Notes under the pieces: model-generated
Told to the model about the DNA's origin: nothing
Seen by the model: only the letters and a program-made list of their open reading frames with translations
Database searches by the model: none
Shown here: one piece after another, positions 1-8,106 of the stretch
Layout of the letters: the number at the start of each line of letters is the position of its first letter
Numbering within the stretch: the stretch's first letter is position 1
From: Patescibacteria group bacterium UBA4787
GTDB lineage: Bacteria > Patescibacteriota > Patescibacteriia > UBA2591 > UBA4787
Direction of reading: 5' to 3'
Assembly (NCBI GenBank): GCA_002402995.1
Contig: DHGX01000001.1
Span: 151,073-215,072, forward strand
DNA: 64,000 nucleotides
Made by a program: the position numbers and the translations under genes

Positions 1-793
1 CAAGGCCCAATTCATCGATCTCTAGCATCTCCAGGGATTGTTTTACTGAATTTTCGCTGATGACTTTTATTTTTTTCATTTGGGCGAAATCGCGCACGCG
101 TTTCAAAAGTCGATTAGCGACTCTCGGCGTGTAGCGCGAGCGCTTGGCGATTTCTTCGGCTGCCTCGTCGGTTAATTCTAATCCTAAAATTTTCGCCGAA
201 CGATGAATGATTTGTTTGATGTGTTCAACTTCGTAAAAATCCAATTGATAGGTTACGCCAAAGCGATCGCGTAAAGGCGAAGAAAGCAGGCTGGGACGAG
301 TGGTGGCGCCGATTAAAGTGAAATTCGGTAAATCCAAACGCAAGGTTTTGGCTGCGGGGCCTTTGCCCAAGATTAAATCAATACTGTAATCCTCCATGGC
401 AGGATAAAGAATTTCTTCAATTAAATGATTCAAGCGATGGACTTCATCTATAAATAGGATATCTCCATCGGAAAGGTTAGTCAAAATAGCGGCCAAATCG
501 CCGGCGCGTTCAATAGCAGGCCCAGAAGTGATTTTAATATTGACCCCTATTTCTTTGGCAATAATATAAGCTAGCGTGGTTTTGCCCAAACCCGGTCCGC
601 CATAGAGGAGAATGTGTTCAATGGCTTCATTTCTTTGCTGGGCCGCGCCAATGAAAATTTTTAGATTTTCTTTCAGTTTTTCCTGACCGACAAAATCTTG
701 CAGCTTATGGGGCCGCAAATTGGTATCTAATTCCTGGTCTTGCTCTGAATTTTCTTCTGTCGGAGATATGTTTTGGTCTTCTATGTTTGGCAT
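1..793 (-). CDS. ruvB: Holliday junction branch migration helicase RuvB (3' end runs off window)
   Basis: Manual minus-strand translation from ATG at 793: [12 protein letters not shown], Walker [22 protein letters not shown], Walker [20 protein letters not shown]. Confidence 0.96.
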   Translation of the reverse strand, partial: MPNIEDQNISPTEENSEQDQELDTNLRPHKLQDFVGQEKLKENLKIFIGAAQQRNEAIEHILLYGGPGLGKTTLAYIIAKEIGVNIKITSGPAIERAGDLAAILTNLSDGDILFIDEVHRLNHLIEEILYPAMEDYSIDLILGKGPAAKTLRLDLPNFTLIGATTRPSLLSSPLRDRFGVTYQLDFYEVEHIKQIIHRSAKILGLELTDEAAEEIAKRSRYTPRVANRLLKRVRDFAQMKKIKVISENSVKQSLEMLEIDELGL

Positions 794-854
794 AATTTTT
801 ATTTAATATGGGTGTAGTAGTGTTGAACTAAACCAAGATAAAAACAATAATATA

Positions 855-931
855 TGGTGGGCCTGGATGGACTCGAACCATCGACCCCGGCTTTATAAGA
901 GCCGTGCTCTAACCAACTGAGCTACAGGCCC
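855..931 (-). tRNA. tRNA-Ile, anticodon UAU
   Basis: Reverse complement GGGCCTGTAGCTCAGTTGGTTAGAGCACGGCTCTTATAAAGCCGGGGTCGATGGTTCGAGTCCATCCAGGCCCACCA; anticodon arm CGGCT-CTTATAA-AGCCG; CCA encoded. Confidence 0.95.
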
Positions 932-1034
932 ATATATTTTTTTAATCTCTTACAATAAAGATTATCGTAAAAAAGACAACTTGTCAAAATATTCTTATTT
1001 GTTAAAATCTACTGATAATCATTAATTTTAAACT

Positions 1035-1280
1035 ATGCTCGATAGAATTTTAATTGGCTTGGCCGGTATTATAGTCGGAGCTATGGTGGTTATGAAATCA
1101 GAATGGTTTTTGAGTAATTTGGGATCAGTCCAGTGGGCCGAAGAAAAGCTCGGTACTGAGGGTGGTAGCCGTTTATTCTATAAATTAATCGGTTTAGCGA
1201 TTATATTTTTTGGTATTTTTGTTATGACTGGCATTACTACCGACATTATGAACGGTTTTGCTAAGATGATAGGGTTATAA
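1035..1280 (+). CDS. small two-TM hypothetical membrane protein
   Basis: 81 aa ORF with two hydrophobic segments around WAEEKLGTEGGSRLFYK. Confidence 0.75.
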   Translation: MLDRILIGLAGIIVGAMVVMKSEWFLSNLGSVQWAEEKLGTEGGSRLFYKLIGLAIIFFGIFVMTGITTDIMNGFAKMIGL

Positions 1281-1302
1281 ATAATTATTTCGGGCCGGTA
1301 GC

Positions 1303-1399
1303 CCCTCACTTGAAGAAGTGTCCCCAAGTGAGCGAAATATGTTTTATTGTATATTTAGGTAAAATTATATCAAAGAGTTTTTGATTATCTAAGTGAGGG
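1303..1399. mobile_element. MITE-like insertion in the 5' end of tRNA-Ala
   Basis: Inverted ends CCCTCACTT/AAGTGAGGG, flanked by direct repeat GCCGGTAGC (1294-1302 and 1400-1408), which is tRNA nt 3-11. Confidence 0.75.
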
Positions 1400-1471
1400 G
1401 CCGGTAGCTCAGCTGGTTAGAGCGTCACATTTGCAATGTGAAGGTCAGGAGTTCGAATCTCCTCCGGTCCA
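1398..1471 (+). tRNA. tRNA-Ala, anticodon UGC (CCA not encoded)
   Basis: GGGCCGG/CCGGTCC acceptor with G3:U70 and A73; anticodon arm TCACA-TTTGCAA-TGTGA; T-arm AGGAG-TTCGAAT-CTCCT. Confidence 0.95.
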
Positions 1472-1482
1472 TTTATAAATTA

Positions 1483-1571
1483 CGCTTGTGTGGTATCATG
1501 GAAATCGGCAGCTCGCCCCGTAGTGAAACTAAGTTTCTACTACTGGGGTTCGATTCTGCCTGGGTCCACCA
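1483..1571 (+). pseudogene. degenerate tRNA 3' remnant (Ala-like acceptor) interrupted by a hairpin insertion
   Basis: GGCAG...TTCGATT-CTGCC-TGGGTCC-A-CCA T-arm and acceptor 3' strand; CCCC..GGGG hairpin at 1516-1548 splits the T-arm; no matching 5' half. Confidence 0.6.
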
Positions 1572-1738
1572 AAGTTTATTATCAAAATTTTGTCGGGTGC
1601 GTTTTTGCGGCGAGAGCGGGGAAAAACTCGAAAGATAAATTTATAACTCCAATAAAAAATAAAATAATTAAGAGTGAATATTTAATAAAATAATATCTAA
1701 AAGGTCGATCCCAAAATCGATTTAATAATTATAAATCT

Positions 1739-2098
1739 ATGGAAGAATCTACCATACAACAAAATCAACCACAAGAAAATCCATTTCAAGCCGCGGGTAC
1801 TCAAAAAAATACCTTTATGGCTATTATTGCTTATATAATATTCTTTGTTCCATTGTTGACCGAAGCAAAAAAAGATCCATTCGTTAAATATCATATTAAA
1901 CAAGGGCTACTTCTTTTTATCGGATGGATAGCCGTGAGTATTATTGATTATATCCTTCCTTATTATGGTTGGATTATTGTTCGGCTGTTGAACCTCGCAT
2001 TATTTATTTTAATGGTTGTTGGAATCATGTCCGCGGCCAAAGGAGAACAAAAACCATTACCGGTAATCGGTAAGATTGGAGAACAATTTAAGTTTTAG
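1739..2098 (+). CDS. DUF4870-like membrane protein
   Basis: AIIAYIIFFVPLL..DPFVKYHIKQGL and C-terminal GEQKPLPVIG pattern. Confidence 0.75.
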   Translation: MEESTIQQNQPQENPFQAAGTQKNTFMAIIAYIIFFVPLLTEAKKDPFVKYHIKQGLLLFIGWIAVSIIDYILPYYGWIIVRLLNLALFILMVVGIMSAAKGEQKPLPVIGKIGEQFKF

Positions 2099-2141
2099 AA
2101 TTTATATCAAACACAAAAACTGCCTCATTAAGGGTGGTTTT

Positions 2142-2170
2142 TTGATTTTCTGTTATTTTTTTGGTAGAAT
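2142..2170 (+). promoter_or_regulatory. sigma70-type promoter for trkH-trkA
   Basis: TTGATT-17 bp-TAGAAT with extended -10 TG. Confidence 0.55.
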
Positions 2171-2185
2171 AAACTCTAATGTCTC

Positions 2186-2315
2186 AATTTTATTCGCTTC
2201 GCTGACCAGCCTCGTCAAGTTCGAGTCTGGGCAGGAGCTCCTGCGAAGCGGATGAGCGATCCGCTAGCTCGCTACGCCAATACGTAAGCATGGCGAACTG
2301 GTGGAGAATATAATT
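2186..2315. other. GC-rich multi-hairpin element in the putative 5' UTR of the K+ uptake operon
   Basis: Ends AATTTTATTC/GAATATAATT; internal GCAGGAGCTCCTGC palindrome, AGCGGAT/ATCCGCT and CGCCA/TGGCG stems. Confidence 0.55.
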
Positions 2316-2338
2316 TATTTAAATATACTGAATATTTT

Positions 2339-4084
2339 GTGGATTGGCGAAAGAGAATATCAAGTATTTTGAACTGGTTTATTATTCTAGTTGCCGGGCT
2401 AGCGATTTTTGCGTTAATTACTGAATATGGATTTTATACCTCGGTTAGCCGTTTCTTTTTACATCAAGCACAATTGTTTTTAATTTTTGCCATCAATTTT
2501 CTGATTTTAATCAAATTTTTGTTGGCGCATAATCGCATTTTATATTTAAAAAATAAACGCGGCTATTTTTTATTATCTGCCGCGTTAATTTTAATACTCC
2601 TCGCGATTCATTTTATTGGTTCGCCAGAATTTTTAGATAATTTTTTAGAAAAATTTTTAGGCATCAAGACTTTTCATTTTTCTGTCCAGTTTTATTTGTT
2701 CGTCTTTGTTCTTTTGGGCATTGCCAATGTCAACGCAACTATTACTGCTTTGCGCGGAACTCTGGTTCGGCCGATATTTTTAATTCCTTTGTCTTTTGCT
2801 TTGATTATTTTTATCGGCACAATGTTTTTAATGTTTCCGCGCGCGGTGCATTTTGGCGAGAAAATTCCATGGGTAGACGCTTTATTCACCGCCACCTCGG
2901 CCACTTGCGTGACAGGATTGATAATACAAGATACGGGAACGTATTTTTCTCGTTTCGGCCAATTGATTATTTTACTTTTAATCCAGATTGGAGGCCTAGG
3001 CATCGTCACTTTTACTACTTTTTTCAGTCTAATTTTGGGTCGGCAGCTTGGTTTGCGCGAACAAGCATTCTTGGGCGACGCTTTGAATTTAAGTAATTGG
3101 CACAAAGCCGGTCGATTGGTGATTAGAATTTTATTATTTACTTTTGTTATTGAGGGGCTGGGCATTCTTTTGCTTTATTGGCAATTTATTCCACGCTTTG
3201 GATCAATTTTTCACAATTTCTATTTGAGCGCTTTTCATGTAATTTCCGCCTTTAATAACGCAGGATTTTCTTTATTCAGTGATAGTTTAGAGTCATTTAA
3301 AAGCAATGTTAACATAAACTTAATTATTACCACGCTAATTATTTTGGGTGGTTTAGGGTTTCCCGTATTATTTGAATTATTTCATTATTTCAAAGATAAA
3401 ATTACGAAACAAAGAAGAGTAATTTCTTTTAACGCTAAGGTTATTTTAATAACAACCCTATGTTTAATTTTTAGCGGCGCGATCCTAATTTACCTTTTTG
3501 AAAATAATCGTTTGGCTGGTTTTAGTTTTACAGAAAAGATCTTGGGTTCTTATTTTCAGTCGGTGACGGCTCGCACTGCTGGTTTTAATACGATTGATGT
3601 CGGCGGATTGGCGTCCGCTACGGTATTTATTTTAATTTTTTTGATGTTTATTGGAGCTTCTCCTGCTTCTGCGGGCGGCGGCATCAAAACTACCGCCCTG
3701 GCGACATTGTTGGCTACAGTTAAATCATGGTTTATGGGGAGGCCTTCGGCGGAAATATTTAAAAGACGTCTGTCTGAAACAGTGGTTAGGCAGGCCTTAA
3801 TGCTTTTTATTTTGGCATTAGTCTGGGTCAGTATATGTGTTTTTATTTTGTCTTTGACTGAGAAGGCCGATTTATTAGATATAATCTTTGAAGAGGTCTC
3901 AGCCTTTGGCACAGTTGGGTTGTCGCGAGGTATTACTTTTCAATTGACCGACATAGGCAAATTAATTATTATTATGAGTATGTTTGTCGGTCGCGTTGGA
4001 CCAGTCGCATTAGCGGTTTATATCTTAGAAAGAGGAGTCAATAAACACTATAAATATCCAGAAGGGAAAATAAATATTGGCTAA
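2339..4084 (+). CDS. trkH: TrkH/KtrB-type potassium uptake membrane subunit with extra N-terminal TM region
   Basis: Filter motifs ATCVTGL, SAFNNAGF, TARTAGF, SAFGTVGLS; MFIGASPASAGGGIK. Confidence 0.92.
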   Translation: MDWRKRISSILNWFIILVAGLAIFALITEYGFYTSVSRFFLHQAQLFLIFAINFLILIKFLLAHNRILYLKNKRGYFLLSAALILILLAIHFIGSPEFLDNFLEKFLGIKTFHFSVQFYLFVFVLLGIANVNATITALRGTLVRPIFLIPLSFALIIFIGTMFLMFPRAVHFGEKIPWVDALFTATSATCVTGLIIQDTGTYFSRFGQLIILLLIQIGGLGIVTFTTFFSLILGRQLGLREQAFLGDALNLSNWHKAGRLVIRILLFTFVIEGLGILLLYWQFIPRFGSIFHNFYLSAFHVISAFNNAGFSLFSDSLESFKSNVNINLIITTLIILGGLGFPVLFELFHYFKDKITKQRRVISFNAKVILITTLCLIFSGAILIYLFENNRLAGFSFTEKILGSYFQSVTARTAGFNTIDVGGLASATVFILIFLMFIGASPASAGGGIKTTALATLLATVKSWFMGRPSAEIFKRRLSETVVRQALMLFILALVWVSICVFILSLTEKADLLDIIFEEVSAFGTVGLSRGITFQLTDIGKLIIIMSMFVGRVGPVALAVYILERGVNKHYKYPEGKINIG

Positions 4085-4138
4085 TTTATTAATTAAGAAA
4101 CAAGAATTAAGGCGTAAGATTAAATAATTACACAATAT

Positions 4139-4813
4139 ATGAAAAAAATAGCGGTTATTGGTTTGGGTCAATTCGGCCAAACTTTGGCTGAAACTTTGAC
4201 GCAGCAGGGCGCAGAGGTTTTGGTTATTGATAAGAACGAGAAATTAATCGAAGACTTTAAAGACAAGACCGCCTTGGCGGTGGTGGCCGATGCCACCGAA
4301 GAAGAAGCTTTGTCGGCGCAAGGTATTCAAGATTTTGACGCAGTGGTCGTGGCGATAGGCGATGATAATTTTTTAGTCACTATTTTAATCACCACGCTCT
4401 TAAAGAAAATTGGCGTTAATAAGGTTATTGCTCGCGGCATCAGGAGCTCTGATTCACAAATCGAAGAGAAAATTTTGGAATTAGTCGGCGCGGATCGCAT
4501 TGTTCTTCCTTCGGTTGAAACAGCCAAGCGTTTGGCGCAAGAAGTTTTGACTACGGATATTTTAAATTACATTCCGATTTGTGAGGGTTATAGCGTAGTG
4601 AAAATTGAATCACCTAACATATTTTTTAACAAATCAATCAAAGATTTGCAGATCAGAGATAAATACCGCCTGAATTTGATTGGCATTGAAAGAGACGATA
4701 AAACGAATTATCTGCTGCGGTCTAGTGATAAAATCGAACCAGGCGATCAATTGATTATTTTAGGGAAGGAAGAAGAAGTAGAGAGGTTCAGCAAAAATAA
4801 CGAAGAAGAATAA
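4139..4813 (+). CDS. trkA: TrkA/KtrA RCK regulatory subunit
   Basis: IAVIGLGQFG Rossmann motif; RCK_N plus RCK_C; follows trkH. Confidence 0.92.
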   Translation: MKKIAVIGLGQFGQTLAETLTQQGAEVLVIDKNEKLIEDFKDKTALAVVADATEEEALSAQGIQDFDAVVVAIGDDNFLVTILITTLLKKIGVNKVIARGIRSSDSQIEEKILELVGADRIVLPSVETAKRLAQEVLTTDILNYIPICEGYSVVKIESPNIFFNKSIKDLQIRDKYRLNLIGIERDDKTNYLLRSSDKIEPGDQLIILGKEEEVERFSKNNEEE

Positions 4814-4889
4814 TCATTGATCGAGAATTATATTCTAAATTTTATATTTCATGCCCCCGTTTTAATATTTAATAGTTTGCAAGCTTAAA

Positions 4890-5396
4890 ATGAATTTTCG
4901 AATTCGCCAAATAAAAGAACGAGAAAGAGTGATTCTCGGCATTGATCCGGGTTTTGCGATTTTAGGTTATGGCGTAATCGAGGAAAACGCCGGCGAAGAA
5001 AATTCTATTTGCTTCGGCTGTTTGCGCACCTTGGCCAAAGAAAATTTCGTGGAACGCTTGGAGAAAATTTATAAAGGCATTAATTCTTTAATCAAGGAGT
5101 ATAAACCGGACGAGATTGCTATTGAAAAAATATTTTTTGGGAAAAATACTAAAACAGCCATGCAAATTGGCGAAGTGCGCGGCATTATTCTTTTAACAGC
5201 CATTCAGAATAATATTCAGATCTTTGAATATACGCCTCTACAGGTTAAGCAGGCAATTACTAGCTATGGTCAAGCCGACAAACACCAAATCCAGAAAATG
5301 GTGAAACTAATTTTGAAGTTGAAAGAAATTCCTAAGCCAGATGATGCGGCAGATGCTTTGGCTATTGCCATAACACACTGTCACTCGAAAAAATAA
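4890..5396 (+). CDS. ruvC: crossover junction endodeoxyribonuclease RuvC
   Basis: ILGIDPG, IAIEKIFF, EYTPLQVKQAITSYGQADK, PDDAADALAIA. Confidence 0.95.
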   Translation: MNFRIRQIKERERVILGIDPGFAILGYGVIEENAGEENSICFGCLRTLAKENFVERLEKIYKGINSLIKEYKPDEIAIEKIFFGKNTKTAMQIGEVRGIILLTAIQNNIQIFEYTPLQVKQAITSYGQADKHQIQKMVKLILKLKEIPKPDDAADALAIAITHCHSKK

Positions 5397-5534
5397 AGAT
5401 AAACTATAATAAATAATTATATAAACTAATTATTTAACGACATACGAGTTTACTCGTATATTCTATTCTCTTGCTTTAAATTTTTTGTTCAACTAAAATA
5501 ATTACAACAACTTTTATTTATTATTTATAAGATT

Positions 5535-6221
5535 ATGGAAATTACTACTTGGCAAATTATTTTTCGTTTAGTTATTGCGATTATTTTGGGCGGCATTATT
5601 GGCTGGGAAAGAGAAAGGCGAGCTAAAACCGCCGGTTTGCGCACACACATTTTGATTTGTTTGGGCAGTACTTTGGCAATGCTTATCTCTTATTACGTTT
5701 ACGCTCATGGTTCAAGCGATTTGCCTTTGCGTTCCGACCTTTCCAGGATTGCAGCCGGCGTGCTTCAGGGTATCGGCTTACTATGCGTAGCATCGGTTTT
5801 GCGTTACAAAGATTCAGTAATCGGTCTTTCCACTTCGGCCAGTCTTTGGACGGTTTCCGCCGTCGGTTTAGCGGTGGGCGCTGGTTTTTATTCAGCAGCA
5901 GTTGTCACTGTTGCTTTGATTATGATTGTCTTGATCATTATCGCCAAAATAGAAAACAGATACATTCGCAGTCGTTGGCATAAAAATTTAAATATTCGTT
6001 TGGGTGATAATCCAAAAGTTTTTGAAAGGATAATTAGCTTAGCAGGCAACTACGAATTAAAAATAAAAAATATAGAGCCGAGCTTGGGAGAAGATGGGCA
6101 TAGCAGAAATTTTATTTTACAACTGGAATATATTACCGACAACCACGAAGATTTTATTAAAGAATTGTCTTCCATAGACGGAGTTTTAGAGGTTAAGATT
6201 CAACAAGAAGCCAGATTTTGA
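5535..6221 (+). CDS. MgtC/SapB family membrane protein with C-terminal ACT-like domain
   Basis: GGIIGWERE..AGLRTH, SRIAAGV..GIG, GLSTSASLW. Confidence 0.9.
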   Translation: MEITTWQIIFRLVIAIILGGIIGWERERRAKTAGLRTHILICLGSTLAMLISYYVYAHGSSDLPLRSDLSRIAAGVLQGIGLLCVASVLRYKDSVIGLSTSASLWTVSAVGLAVGAGFYSAAVVTVALIMIVLIIIAKIENRYIRSRWHKNLNIRLGDNPKVFERIISLAGNYELKIKNIEPSLGEDGHSRNFILQLEYITDNHEDFIKELSSIDGVLEVKIQQEARF

Positions 6222-6362
6222 TTTATGCCAGGTAGCGAAAATTCGATTAATCCTCGTTTTCTTTTGATAGAATTGTTATGCCTCCATCCTGGCACAAACG
6301 AAAATAATTTATTCTAAAGGAAAAATTTAACCAAGATTTATATCGAATTTCTACTACCTGGT

Positions 6363-6902
6363 ATGAGAAGTATTAAAAAAACAAGTTTTGTATTAATTTT
6401 TATTGCAATCGAGATTCTCGTTTTATCGAGTTTTCGAGGTGTTACTTTAGCTGCGCCGGCGCAAGATAATTCGCACGGCACTTTTTACGATATTTTCTCG
6501 GATGCCACAGGAATTACAACCACCGGTAGCGCGGAATTTGATACTTATCAGAATAATATTAGAATAGCAGACAACAATAATGCCAGTCTTCATCTTGGCT
6601 CACTTTTCATTTTTAAGATTTTTAATCCCAGTGTTTTAATCAAACCGTTAGGCAAGATTTTCGATGTTGACACTCAAAAATCGATCGGCCGAAGCCTGGT
6701 TTATTTGTTCAAACCCCAGCTTAATGAACTTACTCAAACACAAGTTGCCGACACACAAGGACGTTGTGGTTTCTTGATCGGAGATGAAAAATATTATTTG
6801 GTCGCTCAAAAACCCGGCTATGTTTTTCCTCAAGACAAGATGGAAATTGTCGGTCAAGCCGGGAGCATGGTGAAGAAAGATTTGGGGATGCGAAAAATCT
6901 AA
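6363..6902 (+). CDS. secreted protein with carboxypeptidase-regulatory-like C-terminal domain, possibly an internally deleted surface protein
   Basis: Signal peptide; C-terminal GKIFDVDTQKSI..TQVADTQGRCGFL..YYLVAQKPGYVFP. Confidence 0.55.
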   Translation: MRSIKKTSFVLIFIAIEILVLSSFRGVTLAAPAQDNSHGTFYDIFSDATGITTTGSAEFDTYQNNIRIADNNNASLHLGSLFIFKIFNPSVLIKPLGKIFDVDTQKSIGRSLVYLFKPQLNELTQTQVADTQGRCGFLIGDEKYYLVAQKPGYVFPQDKMEIVGQAGSMVKKDLGMRKI

Positions 6903-6919
6903 TTATAAACAAGGCTTGA

Positions 6920-6979
6920 AATTGTCTCGCTTCGTTGAAATCAAAGTTGATACTTTGATTTTTCTCCCGCTCACCAATT
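6920..6979. repeat. structured repeat, distant relative of the TTTATT-flanked family
   Basis: AAATCAAAGT/ACTTTGATTT stem flanked by CTCGCTTCG and CTCCCGCTC. Confidence 0.45.
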
Positions 6980-7009
6980 ATTATATATTTATTAATTTTA
7001 TTATTTTGG

Positions 7010-8059
7010 ATGAGATTATCCGAATTTAGTTATAATTTACCCAAAGAATTAATCGCCCAAGAGCCTGTTTCGCCTCGCGATCATTCGCGGTTGATGGTTT
7101 TAAATCGCAAAACCAAAAAAATTATTCATAAATATTTTTTTGATTTGCCGCAGTTTTTATCCAAGGGAGATATTTTAGTCTTTAACAACTCCAAGGTTAT
7201 TCCGGCGAAATTAATTGGCCAAAAAGAAAGCGGTGGCAAAAGCGAAGTTTTAATTCTAAAAGAACTGGCTAACCAGAACTGGGAAATTATTTTAAAAGCT
7301 CGGCGATTAAAGCTCAAGCAAAAAATTTATTTTAGTCCGAATTTTTATTTAACGATTGTCAATAAATTATCTCCGCAAACATGGGAAGCAGAATTTAATT
7401 TAAAAGAAAAAGAATTTTGGCAAGCGATAAATAAATTCGGCCAAGCGCCGCTCCCGCCTTATATAAAGAAATCATCCGATTTAAAAAAATACCAGACAAT
7501 TTACGCCAAAATTGAAGGGTCGGTGGCCGCGCCTACGGCCGGCTTTCATTTTACGGAAAATTTAATGACAGAACTGAGGAATCGAGGTGTTGTTTTTGAA
7601 TACGTAACTTTACATGTCGGCTTGGGAACCTTTCAGCCGGTGCGAGAGGCAAATATCGAAGAACACAAGATTCACAAGGAATGCGCGACTTTGGACAAAG
7701 AAACCGCTAAGCGCCTTAATCAATATAAAAACGAAGGCCGAAGAATCGTGGCTGTGGGCACTACTGCGATGCGTGTTTTGGAATTTGCTGCTGATAAAAA
7801 AGGGCAACTTCAGCCTTTTAGCGGCGACGTGGATATTTTTATTTATCCGGGTTGTGAATTTTCCGCCCATGGCAGATCCGCTTCTGGCAGAAAATTTTTT
7901 ATTGACGCTTTAATTACCAATTTTCACTTGCCAGAGACAACACTTTTGATGTTGGTGTGCGCTTTTGCAGATAAAGACTTTATAACAAAAACCTATCAAA
8001 AAGCTATTCAAAAAAAATATAGATTTTATTCCTTTGGCGACGCGATGCTGATCCTTTGA
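7010..8059 (+). CDS. queA: S-adenosylmethionine:tRNA ribosyltransferase-isomerase
   Basis: LPKELIAQEP, PLPPYIK, GSVAAPTAGFHF, TLHVGLGTF, TNFHLP, YRFYSFGDAM. Confidence 0.97.
   Translation: MRLSEFSYNLPKELIAQEPVSPRDHSRLMVLNRKTKKIIHKYFFDLPQFLSKGDILVFNNSKVIPAKLIGQKESGGKSEVLILKELANQNWEIILKARRLKLKQKIYFSPNFYLTIVNKLSPQTWEAEFNLKEKEFWQAINKFGQAPLPPYIKKSSDLKKYQTIYAKIEGSVAAPTAGFHFTENLMTELRNRGVVFEYVTLHVGLGTFQPVREANIEEHKIHKECATLDKETAKRLNQYKNEGRRIVAVGTTAMRVLEFAADKKGQLQPFSGDVDIFIYPGCEFSAHGRSASGRKFFIDALITNFHLPETTLLMLVCAFADKDFITKTYQKAIQKKYRFYSFGDAMLIL
7862..7891. repeat. two tandem 15-nt REP-like palindromes inserted in-frame in queA
   Basis: TCCGCCCATGGCAGA + TCCGCTTCTGGCAGA encode SAHGRSASGR; resemble intergenic TCCGCCAGCTGGCGGA. 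Confidence 0.7.
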
Positions 8060-8106
8060 TAATAAAAAATCACAGTAGAGACGTTTTTCCCGGATTTTTT
8101 CAAAAT

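Noticed and set aside
1438-1693. ORFs 1438-1638 and 1490-1693
   Set aside because: They overlap the tRNA, the tRNA remnant and repeats, and show no protein-like features.
6226-6294. TGCCAGG/CCTGGCA inverted repeat after the mgtC-family gene
   Set aside because: Only 7 bp with weak inner pairing and a single copy; too little to call an ncRNA or element.
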